From Callorhinchus milii (Eukaryota), in the NCBI RefSeq assembly GCF_018977255.1, contig NW_024704746.1, positions 40,362,001 through 40,426,000 on the forward strand: 64,000 nucleotides of DNA, written 5' to 3'. Both the position numbers and the translations under genes were made by a program. Of the stretch, positions 11,907 through 25,219 are shown piece by piece; position 1 is the stretch's first letter, and each line of letters opens with the position of its first letter. Under the pieces are notes generated by a model. It made no database searches and had not been told where the DNA came from. It saw only the letters and a list, made by a program, of their open reading frames with translations.

Positions 11907-14900
11907 AATGTTGCCACATCATGGGGGCTGTGCAGCAGTATCATCCAATATTCCCAAAAGACAACTGCTCCACCCACTGTATACTGCTTGGGGATCCTAG
12001 ATTCCCTCAAGACTAAAGCAATTAAGGTATGGGAGTGGGGGAGAGGGTGGGGAGATGGGAAAGAGACTGAACACTGTACCGAATTTCCCTCTCTGGTCAC
12101 AGACTGTTTAAGTGAGTAAAATCATTTTCAGGTTAGGTATGCAATCCAGCTTTATTTGAGGACACACATGACACTTTCTGATTCTCCCTGGCAATGTTAT
12201 AAAAATGCACCTGCTCCTTCGTACTTAGATGAAAGTATTTTTCTATAGAGGACATCAGTTATTTCATGATGCAGCCCATTATAATGAACTGTCAATCCAG
12301 CATGTCCTCTGTAGGTGCCTGGCGCTGGGTCACTGGTGACTTTAAAAGGCCATGGACTCTTGAAACATCCTCCCGGTCAGCCAGTCTTCATTGAGGGCAG
12401 GAGCTGAATCAATTGTGGTACACCCACTGTCTGATAATGTTAAATCATTATCTCTGGAAGACCATCTCAGACCTCCCTCTCCCTGAACTTTGCACCTTAC
12501 GAGCTGCAGATGCTTGCACATAATATTCTTTCATGACTTGTAACAAAGTCTTTAACATGAGTGAAAGTCATTCTGTATAAACAGAGCTCTGCACCAGAAT
12601 TTGAAGGAGGAATATTTGAATTAGTACCAACACATCACATACCCCAACAGTTTTGCCAACATTAAAGCCTGAGAAACATCTCACCCTGGTCCCACCTTCA
12701 TTAGACATCTACCACTCAAGCTCTGCTATCTAGCAAAGTCACACCTTCATAAACTACTGGCATCACGTATCACTGATAAACCTACAGTGTCCATTTCTGA
12801 CATGAGTTTGGGTAGTACAGTTTTAATGTACTAAAATCAAATTACTGTATACTTAAAATGTGCCTAAGGTTACTTCATTATGGTGACACCCCTTTTTTTT
12901 GGACAACCGGGTGTTTGACCCACTCAGAAACCCATCACCACACTTAGGAGTGTCCAAACCAAACAGAGTTGCATGCATCATACCTATACATGGAAATTCC
13001 AGAGATAATTATTAAAAAGGAAACCACATTATCTCCCTGGTGGGATACAATCTGTTTATCTAATTCCAGAGAGCATTAGGCTAAGTTTGGCGAGAGTTTG
13101 GGAATCCCAGGGTTTGGGATACTGCTGGAGTCTAATCAGCTAAAACCACATAGCTTGCCACTGAAAGCAGCTTTCCTGCTGCTTGTCCAGCTTGGACTAC
13201 CCTATTAGGACTTTGGCTTATTGGAAGTTGAGTGGGCAGAATCCCTGACCCCAATAACTGGTCTGCCCTTCCAAGTCCTGCCGATAGTTCACAGGCATCC
13301 AGTACCTCATGTCAGGAGGATGTCTCAAAGCACTTAACAGAATTTGCTGCAGTTTTGTAGTTGAACACGCAGAAGGGGTAAGAATATTCCTAGAATAGAT
13401 CAACACATGTTTTATAGTACAGTTCAAGTGAAAAGGAGATGTCAGGTTTCAAGAAACTTAATATCAACGAGATGTTTTGCCTCCTAGAGATTGCTGGCGA
13501 ATGTAATCCAAACGACTGTCAAACTTTGTGTGGTTTCACCTGCTGATACAACAGATGGAACTGCAAGCAATCGACTTTAAATTGCTCATTGCAAATCACA
13601 GTAAAGAATATCCTCCAAAAGGGAAAGTTGACGTTTGCTTGCACAATGTCTAACAAGGTCGATGATGACGTTTAATTCCAAAATCAGTTGTCCATCTGGA
13701 CCTTAGTTTGTATAGTCTTTTGCCAAGTGGTCTGCAAAACTAAGAGACTGAAATAAAATTCCAAGACTTTAGCGTAAGATTAATATTGGCAGTTTGATAT
13801 TTAACCGTTACCTTCACAATGTTGAGCAGAAGCCTTTCCAGCTCCTTGTCCAAAAGAAACAATAGACTGTTCAATCGATGACTGCTTTGAAGGATTAGAT
13901 ATCCCTAAATGAACAATCTCCAAATGAGCAATTTGGGGAAAAATGAAACACTCGATGAGCAAAACAAATAGAGATGAAACTACAGACCATGAATTTCAGC
14001 ACAGAAACCTGAGATGAATATAAACCTTCAAGTTCAATTATCATTGTCCTTGTTGCAATATTCATAGGGACTAACCGAGGTGTCAGCCAGGAGGAAATTG
14101 ATGGTGGAGGAATACCTTTCTTTTAAAGATTGAATTTCACATCTCACCAACTCATTCACTGCTCTGTTATTTCTGAGTTATCAAAGTTAAAATAAGGAAT
14201 ACTGAACAATGTCACGTTTGGTTGCTCCATTCAGCTCTGCCCATCAAAAACATCTCTGGTCACTGCACTTCAACAGCTTCAACTGATTAACTATGTGAAA
14301 GCCACATCCGTGTGAGACAGCAGTATGCAAATTGGACAGAAGCAATTTGTCCACCAAGTTGGCTCTTAAATCAAACTTTTGACTGCATTAGTCCATTACC
14401 AGCTACTTTTCTCATTGCATTTCCTCTGACATGCAGCTTATGTAGATTTGTTGGGCAATCGTGAACGTAATTGATCTAACAATCCTTTCAGGATTATACT
14501 CATAGATCCTCCCCAATCTTAACTTTAAATAGTTTTTTCAGTTTTTCCTAACATTTTGTTAAAATCTGTGTAAAGATATAAACACAACCACAGAAATTTA
14601 CAACACAGAGCATTCATCGCATCCAATGCAGTGCTGGGGAAGCATTGCATTCTCAGAGGTGCCATCCTTCAAACGAGACGTTAAACTGCACACCCTTCTC
14701 CCTTTTCAGAAGAACATTCAAGATCCCAGGATGCTATCCGAGAAGAGAAAAGTTTCTACATGGGATTTGACCTAAATTAGCTTTTGCGTACCCAATCATT
14801 GCACCTTATAGTAATTCCACAGCACTTTACAGTAATTCCAGTGATGTCCCTCTAGTCAATGCCTCATCAACTAGTAAAAAAATGAAATAATTTCTTCCAA

Positions 14901-15669
14901 TCAACTATCAAAAAAACACCTCTATCATTTCTCCTCTCAACTTTTGCTGTTACAATGAAAATAAGCCCAGTTCCTTTAAGGTTTGTAAATAAATTATTTC
15001 TGTTCCCAGTTTGTTTTTGTTCTATGATAAGAACTCAAAAGGTGGTTTTAGGGCCTATATACGTATTCAGTTAATTCTGAATTCTCACTGTAGTATAAAT
15101 GCAATGGGTACTACACTGTGCTTTGATTGCATGGCATTTATTAACATATTAATAACATTTATTAAAGAGTTATTTTTTGGAAAATGTGGCTTAATTAATG
15201 TCCTTTTCTTTATCCACTATTCATTAAATAAAGATTGAGTTATCTTGTTGATCTCTCTCTTGTTTGCAGTCTCATTATTATTAAAGCATCATAGGAGAGA
15301 TTCTGATAGTCATAATCACAAAAATACAAAGATCTCCTGAATGAATGGACAGCCAAATTACTTACCGAGGTCCCTTGACGTTCAAAAGTCAATATCATTT
15401 CTGTTCTATTTTAGTGCCGAACCTACTGATAAAAAGCAAAGGCAATAACTGTCTCTTTTTGTTTATAAAAGAAGACGATCTTTCCTAGACAACAACAACA
15501 TTACCTTTATATAGCGCCTTTCACATTGGAAAGGACATCCCAAGGCGCTGTGCAGGTAAACATAACGTAGAGATAAAGCAAAAAGAAGCAGCTTGCTTCT
15601 TCTCCTAATATCGATTAATTAAAAGAGGACATATTATTCCGATCACAGTTTTCTTTGTGGAAATGAGGA

Positions 15670-16510
15670 GTAATATTATCATTTTTATCATATTATTACA
15701 GTTTAAATCACTCTGTAGAGGCCATTTCTTAATGATTTTCAGTGATGGGTCAGCTAGACCAATAACATTGCCACTTTAGATATGAATGGATGTTATTTTC
15801 TTAATACATTTGAGCTTCCTAAAATAGATACTTTTTGAAGGAAGTTGATATTTTGTTCACTAAGCATTTTGTCAAGCCATTCTTGAATAGTCTTATTAAC
15901 AGTCCCAGTTGCACCGATGATTATAGGAACTATGTTTGTTTTACATTCTCATACATCCGCATTCAATTTGTAGATCGATATATTTTCTGATTTTCTCTAG
16001 TTCCGTATTTTTCACATTGTAATCACTTGGGTTAGCCACATCAATAATGTGCAATCTGTTTGATTCTTTATGATAATATCTGGTCCATTACACCTGATTG
16101 TCCTGTCTATATGTACGTGTGAATCTCCAGATTATTGTGATGTTGTTTCTCAATGTCACTTTTGCTGGTTGATGTTCATAACTGTTGGTCTTTACATCAA
16201 TAACAAAGTGTTTACAAAATGTCCATTGGATTTTTTATCTACATTATTATGTCTAATCTGATACTCCAAATGTGCTAGGGCTGGATATGGTGACAATATT
16301 TATTCCACTGTTTCTGGTGCTTGATAAAATATTTATTCTACTTTTTGGCTCAATTTTTCTCTATAAGATATGTTTCATAATAGATTGGGTCATAAAAGAT
16401 TGTGCTAATATTATGAGAGCGTCTGTTTTGGCTTTCAGATCTCAGTTTATCCACCTGTTATTCGTAGATTTTGTTCATATCTAGGACTTATTCTTTCATT
16501 TCTCTTGGAT
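15670..16510 (-). mobile_element. R4/Dong/Rex6-clade non-LTR retrotransposon 3' fragment (restriction-like endonuclease pseudogene)
   Basis: My minus-strand translation across frameshifts: ETVE*ILSPYPALAHLEYQIRHNNV..YEHQPAKV..DRTIRCNGPDIIIKESNRLHIIDVANPSDYNVKNTELEKIRKYIDLQIE..IVPIIIGATGTV..LQKVSILGSSNVLRK*. This matches the RHN / PD / D..E..KY motif pattern of RLE domains and is followed by a TAA-rich tail. Confidence 0.85.
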
Positions 16511-19447
16511 GAGAATGTTGTTGCAGCAGCACCTAGCACCCTTTACCATCCCAAAAAGCCAAGAAATATGCCTTCCATTGTCAACAGCATTGTCGTTGAA
16601 ATACAACTTAGAAATACATTGATACTTCACTTCACAGTAAATCCTGTGAAGTGTTTAGTGACATCCTCTCGACTTGCTATTTCAAATGCAATGATTATTA
16701 TTATATTATTCATCATTGTTATTATTATTATTTAGCCGTCATCTTCCAGGTTTAAAATATGAGAAATAGGCAGCACTGCAAGCAAGCGCACCGGGATGGG
16801 GGCAACAAAATCATATTTTAATAATTGACCATGTCTACGCCATCCTGAAATGCAATGAGGAAAATGTTTGTACCTTTGTCATATTTATTTTTTAAACAAA
16901 CTTCTCATCAGGTAAGCCACTATTTATTGTCCATCCCTAGTTGATGGCCTGAGAATGTGGTGATGATGAGTCTTTTATTTAAATGACTATAGTCCCTGTG
17001 GCAACAGTGAGCTAGGAGTTCTAGGATTGGGACCCGGCATTCAAAACAAATGCTGGGCTATATCAAGTCCAAACCAAAGACCTAATTTAGAGCTCAATTA
17101 ATTCTTTATCTGGAACTCAAGAGTATTGTGGTTATTTTCGCACATTTATATCCTGTATTTTAGTTGATTGCCGTCCGCCACTTGAGTTCACTGAAGCAAA
17201 TGCATTGAATCCTTTTCTTGTGTAAATATACAGCAAAATCAATTAGCAGGCAAGGGTTTTGCGTGCAGTTGTGGCAAGTGGGAGCCTTTAAAGCAAAGAA
17301 ATCTGCTTTGAGTTGTGCATTGTCGACAACTGATTCTGTGGGCTAAGAAATGTTAACTGCTCCAGTAACCTCTGCAGATTTTCATTTACATGATCGTTTC
17401 CACCAACAAAAGCAGCAGGAGCAAGTTAGATGTTTAACAATGGTTCATTAATCACAGAATTGTTGTTGAGCAGCTCTGCTTAATGCAGGTGCCTGCTCTT
17501 CCTTACGTGCCCACAGCCAGAGAGCAGAACATCAAAATACTTATTAAGTTCTGAAGCAGTCAAAAGCAATGCAGACTCGTCACGGTTGACCACACCATGT
17601 TCATATTTATGTGCTCCTCTTCATCAGTTGCAATGATTCATTAAAGGATTTCCACACAACTATCAGGCTACATTATAACGTTCTAATGAATTTCTTACAT
17701 CAAAAATAATTCTTAAGAGATGGTAGTATTTTAACTCCCAACTTACTTGAGAACAAAATTAAAACCGAACTCCCAACCCTGCAGATTAGGAAATGCCTTC
17801 CCAGTCATCCAGGTTTCCATATACAGTATTAACAAAGCATCTCAGTAAATTTCAGCTAGACCGACTATAGTTTGCCCTTCGTTGAGAAATAGACCCTGAT
17901 AGATACCAGCAACACAATGTAGCCTACAGTGTTTGATCTGTTCAATTTCACGTTTCAAGAAGGGCATTTAATCTGGTACGAAAATAGAAATTTGAGAAGC
18001 CTTTAGATATATAGGTTTTTCTATAATATAACCTATCCCAGGGGATACAATGTATGATTTATTGCTGTTATTTTGCACATTTCTCCATTTATACATGTCA
18101 GGTTCTTTCTGGCTGGCACATCAGCAATGTGACCATCTTATTGTACTTTTGGGACAACACCAATGAATTCACAGGGAGAAGAAGGTTGAAGTACAACTCT
18201 TGATCTCAAGGTGAAAAAGATTCCCCATGCCCCATTTATACATTTAATACAATAATAATCCTTAGCACATTTGGTTTTGCCCCTAGAGACATCTTAAAGT
18301 GCTTCACAGAATATACAGGTTATACAGGATATACCCATGGTTAAAAAAATTCCTTCCATTTGATATAGCGCCTTTCAGGATAGGGAAGGGGTCTCAAAAA
18401 GCTTCACAGGATACACTGTAAAGTATGGGTGTATTCGGCAGACAAAAGACTGCGGCCTCTACTTAAACTGTCCAGTACTATTAAAATGCTTTATTTGTGC
18501 ATTATGTGACTGAGAGCCATGTTACATAGTTTACCGTAGTCGAAGACAGACATAAGCTACCTTCCAGCTAGCGTTTTTAATTCCTCTTTAATCATGTGGG
18601 ACATTTAGTAGCGCAACCTAAAATTTATTTCAAGCACCACCCTAATAATCTCCGGATCAAATTTTCTCTTACACTACAGAGGAAACATGACAACAGTTGC
18701 AATCTAGCTCACCCTAATTAACAACTCTGTTCTATCCGAATATTCTTGCAGTGTATACAAATGAGATTAAACAGAATTGCTTTGTGATTGAGCAGCTATC
18801 CACCACCCCCCACACCTTTCAATGAATCTCAATCTTGAAAAGTGCATTAAACTTCAGTGGAAATCTGACAAGCCACATTCAACGTACATCTCTGCATCAA
18901 AGCAATCAAATCTGCAGAATTAGGGATCAAATAATTGAAGGAATTCTTCAGAGAATGTCTGTGCTCCTGGCCTTGTATGAATGTTAAGGTCAAATCTTGG
19001 TGGCGTACATAAAGTTGGAACATAAATCTAAGCATTTAAAATGCCCTGTATTCCCAGCAAGTATTCAAGATTCTTAGAAAGAATCAAGAATGGTAGAGAA
19101 CTGACATGTCTTTTAGTCTAACTGTACCTCAGGTTCTTCACATGCTAAAAATTGACTTCTAAGTAGAATACTGCTGGAACTCATGGAACTATCAGCAACC
19201 TCTTTAGTCTCAGACTCTGTGCCGAGTCAATTTTATCTGGCTACAAAAACACAGTCACCAGACTTTATGCTAAACCCCATGAAGCACTTTGATCCTCTCA
19301 ATGATGTAACAAGGCACTGTATCAAATTCAAGGATAAGCATCTGTGCATTTTCCTTCCGTTGGCTCTAACAATACGAACAGTGAAAAATCAATCAGCCAA
19401 ATTGTAGCAAACCACTTTGAATGATTCCAGATTACATTTCAATTGTG

Positions 19448-19513
19448 TACTCTTTGAAGATGTTCTCACCTTCAGTGATACGTAACTGAAGGTGAGAACA
19501 TCTTCAAAGAGTA
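19448..19513. repeat. Perfect 29-bp inverted repeat with 8-nt spacer
   Basis: tactctttgaagatgttctcaccttcagt-gatacgta-actgaaggtgagaacatcttcaaagagta. Confidence 0.95.
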
Positions 19514-19819
19514 ACTATCTAACGCCTGAATGGTGTCCTTGTGGACTTCGCTCAAAGTGCAGACAGACTCTCCATGGCATCCTGGAGTACAGATGACTAG
19601 TGTTATAATGCCTCAGTGAAGATTAAACTCAGACTCACTAAACAAGGAAATCTCCATAACAGTTGCTGTTGCAAAGCACATTTTAGCCTTTCTCACACTC
19701 TGCCTGCATTATGTATATTTTCCACAAATGAGCTCTATTGAAAGGTTCTTTTTGACAAGATTTGTTAAACTGGAACAATCTGATATCACTTGCAACAATA
19801 GGACAATTGGTAGCAGAAA

Positions 19820-20161
19820 CTGGATGATCTGCAGCCTATAGAGGGAGGAGTTGGGAAGGCCAACAAGCAAGGAGTTTGCATAGTCAAGCCTCGATGTAAT
19901 GAAAGCGTGTATGAGGCTTTTGGCAGCCTGCGATGTGAGACAGTGGCAGAGCCAAGCAATATTGCAGAGGTGGGGGAAGTCAGAGCGGGTCATGGTACAG
20001 ATGTGGGGTAGAAAGGATAGTTGAAGGTCAAACAAGACGCCAAGGTTCCAGACTGGCTTAGTAAGGTGGAGTGTGCAACCATGGATGGTGATGCTGTCAG
20101 CGCCAATCAGAAGAGCCTCGGTCTTGTTGACATTCAACTGAAGAAAATTAGCTCTCATCCA
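19820..20161 (-). mobile_element. L2 LINE ORF2 fragment, inverted 5' half
   Basis: Encodes WMRANFLQLNVNKTEALLIG..NLGVLFD..HAFITSRLDYANSLL..RLQIIQ. Closely similar to 56235-56602. Confidence 0.9.
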
Positions 20162-20672
20162 TAGGTTGCAGATCATCCAGAACTCTGCAGCCCGTGTCCT
20201 CTTCCGTACTGGGCTCTGCGACCCTATTGCCACCATTCTTGCTCGACTCCACTGGCTTCCCATCACACAGAGGTTACAGTTCAAAATCCTGGTCCTCACG
20301 CTCAAAGCCCTCCACGGCCTTGCTCCCCTCTATCTCTGCGACCTCCTAACCGCCTACCAATCTGCCCTCTCCCTCCACTCAGCGGGCTCCAGTCTGCTTA
20401 ACATCTCCCGCCTCTCCCGCCCCACCATTGGCAGGCGGTCTTTCAGCTACTCTGCCCCCACCCTCTGGAACCCCATGCTGCAGTCCTTCCACCCCGCCCC
20501 CTCACTTGCCTCCTTCAAGAGCCATTTCAAGATCTTCCTCTTCAACCATGCCTCCTTTCCCCCTGCCCTCCACCCTCCCCAATCCCGACCCTCAGCTTGG
20601 GTCTGAAACTCTGTTTGTCCAGCGCTTTGGGATGTCCTCCCAACTTGAAAGGCGCTATACAAATTTTGTTGT
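20162..20672 (+). mobile_element. L2 LINE 3' end, non-inverted half
   Basis: Encodes LQIIQNSAARVL..LHWLPITQRLQFKIL..FSYSAPTLWN, with tail 'gcgctttgggatgtcctcccaacttgaaaggcgctatacaaattttgttgt'. Confidence 0.9.
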
Positions 20673-22064
20673 ACTAATGGTTGAGAAATATATGTTTTTC
20701 TTAAAATCCTCCAAGATTTTATTTTTGGTTATTCAGGTGCCTGATTTATGGAAACCCATCACCATGCTGAAGGTATCCAAACCAAACCACAGTATGAGCT
20801 GTGGAATGTCACCTACACATGGAAATTTCTGTAACTGGAATGAAATACACATTCTCCTCTTTGAGTGATGCACTCAACTCACTTAATTACAGAGAATATT
20901 GGGCACAGGTCAGCAAGAGTCAAGACTTAGTGACCTCAGTGTCCATTGGGATACTGCTTGAGTTTAACTGCACAGCTTGTCAATGAGAGCACTGTCCAGC
21001 AAGCTTCCCACTGCTTATCCGGCTAGGACCACCCCAGCCATTAGGGCTTTGGCTTGAAAATCCTCCTAAAGAACTGGGAGTGGAACACAAACTCCTGTCT
21101 CAAACTTTACTTCAGCTTGCTGGAATTGTCTGCAGCATAACTAGATTTATACCACAACCACCAGCATTGATTCCACTGCAAGCTCATGGGGAATCTATAA
21201 ATAGGAAACAATACCATTTATAATTGGGACATTAACGAAAAATATGCAACACATTTAGGGTTAAGCTGGCCATTCAAAGCATGTACCCCAGAGAGATCTT
21301 GTCCTTTGAGGCATTCATTCCCCAAATAACCCTGAAAAGTAATTCCTAATCGAATGAATAAGCAAATCAAATTTACTATAATCATTCAATATAAAAGTCA
21401 CAAAAGAACAATAAATTAACTAGGACAGTACAATCCTACTGGGGCAGTCTGAATTAATATATGCAGAATGGGATTACTTTTGAAACAATTGTAAATTTAT
21501 GTGCATTTTTTAAATCTCATTTGATGAAACTTTGTACAACCTAAGAATAGAATAGACATTCTGTCTCCTAAAATTTGACAACAGAAAAGTAACCGCAATT
21601 CTGTTTAGAAACTTTATTTTCTGGAAAACTTGGAATTGTTAATGCTTCTGCAAATCACTGCATGTGGGGGAAATAAACAATTATTGAACAACAACAAAAA
21701 AAATCAAATTTTGTTGGTTTGCAAGGTCTGTTGTTAGAAATGATTTGTCAATATTTTTGGCACATCAAGATAACTTGAAATCTGCTTGGATCATATTGTG
21801 TGCAATTTCCTGTCAACATGCCAATCCTTTTGTTGTTCTATGGGATAATGGCAATCAATAATAACACCACGAAATATGCAGTCCAGCTGTCTCCATCAGT
21901 CATACTCAATTGTTCTCTGAGCTTTAGGTATGGTGCCTATTATAATCAGGGAGTTCACTTATCAAAGGAAAGGTTTTTTATTGGAGTTGTACTATTGTGG
22001 GACCTAAAACAAAGCAATTTCCATCAACTCCTTCCAGTGCCTATAATTACATATCACATTTACA

Positions 22065-22360
22065 GAGTTACAAAGAACATCATGGAAACAGGCCATTCGG
22101 TTTAATTAGTCTGTGCCGACATTTACACTCCATATGAGGCTCCTCCTCTTTCAATTCCCTCCCCCTCATGTATGATAATAGACGTCTCAAAGCGCTTCAC
22201 AGAATATACGGTAAAGTGAATTGACTATATATTTTGTGGGCATCAAGATGCCTCTGAAATACGTTGATGTTTCTGTTTCAGCCACAGTTTCCAGTAGTGA
22301 GTGCCGTATTCTCACCACCCTCTGTGTAAAGAAATTTCTCTTAAATTTCTTTTTAGATCC
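22065..22360 (-). mobile_element. CR1 3' fragment interrupted by a SINE tail (about 22175-22240)
   Basis: Encodes RNFFTQRVVRIRHSLLETVAETETSTYF, followed by the CR1 3' UTR. Confidence 0.7.
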
Positions 22361-22689
22361 ACCACTTGATATTACGTCACAAATCTGTTCGAATCCAATT
22401 TCCTTACAGCTCTGAGTTCCCATGGGTGAGTGCAATATATTTCGAGTCACTAGATGGATGGAGTGATTATTAGGAAATCCCATTACAAATCACTGCCTTC
22501 AAGATCTCAAAGAACAAGACAAGTACTATATTATATAATCACAATAAAAGGATCAAATTTGAAAGCCTTTTCTGTCAGTTTTATCAAGAACTCATTTTTG
22601 CTGCAAACACTGCAGTACTTATTCGCAGAATCCACTAAGTTCAGCATCATGCATACCATCAATGTACCAACATTTTTACACAATTTAAA

Positions 22690-23357
22690 ATTGAATAGCT
22701 ATTCCTAAGACAATCACAACAGAAGTCTGGATGAAGGTCACTTGGCCCATTTGCTCAAATCCTTCCAGAATACCCTCCCTACCATTTCATAGCTTCTCAG
22801 TCCAATTTAATATCTTAGATACCTGTTTAAAGGTCCCCTCTGAGATTTTCCTTTTTAAGACTGAAGAGCTCTTGCTTGTCTAATTATTTCTCATAATAGC
22901 TCATTCTACTAACACTAAGGATCATCCTATTTGCACTGCCTCCAGGGCCTCTAGAGCTATAATAATAATAATCCTTGCATTTGATATAGCGCTTTTCACA
23001 TCTTCTAGAAGTCTCTAAAAGCTTCACAGAATATACTGTAAAGTTAACTGACTGTATATTTGTGAACGAAACACGGTAGCCAATTGCGCATAGCAGTGGC
23101 CCACAAACACAATTAGAGCTGTACATTATTACCCTAGGTACAGCCTGACTTGAACATTATACAGTCTATGAGTATGATGTCTGGGGATCTGAACTCATCT
23201 GATTTAGCAATATGGCTCAGTATCCTGTTTGCCTTGCTTATTGCTGCTTCACACGGTTTTGAAATGATGAGCAATGAGCCAACCAACAGCCCTAGAACTT
23301 TTGCAACTTTATGCTTGGCAAGTTCTATCCATCCATGCAGTACATGTGCTTCCTATT
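22690..23357 (-). mobile_element. Old CR1 ORF2 fragment interrupted by a SINE tail (22960-23110)
   Basis: The minus strand encodes CEAAISKANRILSHIAKSDEFRSPDII and RMILSVSRMSYYEK..ELFSLKR, typical of the CR1 post-RT region. Confidence 0.65.
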
Positions 23358-24292
23358 AAGAACATAAGAAATAGAAGCAGGATTAGACCATTCGACCCCT
23401 CAAGCCTGCCCCGCCATTTAATAAAATCATGGCTGATCTTCTAATCTAATTTCCATTTACCCGCCCTATCCCCATATCCCTTAATCCCTTTAGTTTTTAA
23501 AATTCTATTGATCTCAGCCTTGAATATGTTCAATGACTGAGCATCCACAAGCTTCTGGGGTAGAGAATTCCATAAATTCACTACCCGCTAAGTGAAGAAA
23601 TGTTTTCTCAACTCAGTTCTAAAGGGCTGATCTTTAATGCTGAGACTATGACCCCTAGTTTCACACTATCTACCCTGTCAAGACCCTTAAAAATCTTATA
23701 GATTTCTATAAGATCACCTCTAATTCTTCTATATTCTAGGGAATATAGGCCTGGTCTATTCAACCTCTCCTCGGAGTCAACCACCTCATCCCAGGAACCA
23801 ACCTAGTGAACCTATGTTGTACCCCGTCTAAGGCGAGTATATCCTTTCTTAGATAAGACCAAAACTGCGCACAATATTCCAGGTGTGGTCTCACCAAGGC
23901 CCTATACAATTGCAGCAAGACTTCCCTACTCTTGTACTCTAAACCCTTTGCAATAAGCGCTAACGTGCTATTAGCCTTCCTAATTGCTCGCTGTACCTGC
24001 ACACTAACTTTCTGTGATTGGTGTACAAGGACACCTAAATCCCTCTGAATACTAACACTATCTAGTCTCTCCCCCTCTAGAAAATAACTGCTTTTCTATT
24101 TTTTCTACCTAGGTGAATAACTTCACACTTCCCCACATTATACTCCATTTGCCACTTTCTTGCTCACTCACTTAACCTGTCTATAGCCCTTTGCATCCTC
24201 CTTGTGTCCAGTTCACAGCTTACTTTCCCACCTAGCTTTGTATCGTTCGTGAATTTAGATACATTAAGCTCTATTTCCTCATCTAAGTCATT
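23358..24292 (-). mobile_element. Younger CR1 LINE 3' fragment, adjacent to or nested in the older CR1
   Basis: ORF 23760-24002 encodes KANSTLALIAKGLEYKSREVLLQLYRALVRPHLEYCAQFWS. The 3' UTR ends 'cctgcttctatttcttatgttctta'. Confidence 0.9.
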
Positions 24293-24361
24293 GACTATTC
24301 TTACTTCCTATCGTCAATTCCTTGCATTTATTTGTATTAAACTTAATTTACCCTCTCGGTG

Positions 24362-25150
24362 ATGTCAACCGCAGACACGGGGTTAACTTCCGCATGTATG
24401 CGGATGACCCTCAATTCTACTTTTCCATCTCCAGCTGCAACACAGACGTCTGAGGTTCTGTCAGCTTCTCTTTCGGACATCAAGAGATGGATGAGCGCAA
24501 ATTTTTCTGCAGTTAAACATCAACAAGGCGGAAGCCAGTTATCCTTCCTCCCACACATCCGGTCTCTGACTGATACCGCTTTCTTCCACCTCTGCCACGT
24601 TGCCCGTCTCCGACAATACCTCACCCCAAAAGCTGCCGAAACCCTTGTCCGTGCCTTTGTCACCTCTCGGCTGGACTACTGTGACGCCCTCCTCGCCAAT
24701 CTCCCCTCCTCCAATATTCACAAAATCCAGCTCATTCAAAACTCCGCCGCCCACATTCTCACCCGCACCAAACTTCATAACCCGATTACTCCAGTCCTTG
24801 CCAAACTCCACTGGCTCCTGTCACAGAGCGAATTGATTTCAAGATCCTCACTCTAGTATTTAAATCCCTCCATTCCTTGGCACCCTCCTCTCTCTCTAAC
24901 CTCCTCTCTGCCCACAGCAGTACCTGCTGCCTCCGCTCTACTGGGTCCAGCCTCCTCTGTGTCCCCCGAATCCTCCATCCACCATCGGCGGCTGTGCCTG
25001 TGCCTTCAGCCACTACGCCCTGAAACTTTGGAACTCTCTCCCTCAACCCCTTCGCCCTGCCCCCTCCTTCCCCATCTTCAGGTCGTGCCTGAAGACCTTG
25101 CTCTTCGACCGTGCCTACGGTCACCTGCCCTCTCCCCTTAGCTCGGCCTT
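24362..25150 (+). mobile_element. L2 LINE fragment with internal deletion
   Basis: YADD region (tatgcggatgac), then LSDIKRWMSANF, AFVTSRLDYCDALL and LHWL. Confidence 0.9.
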
Positions 25151-25219
25151 GGTCTCCGCCATTGTTAAACAACAACAACAAAATTACATTTATAGAGCAC
25201 CTTTCACGTCGGGAGGCTC

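Noticed and set aside
19709-20305. Longest ORF (198 aa) as a gene
   Set aside because: It is a chance fusion of antisense L2 and sense L2 across the inversion junction.
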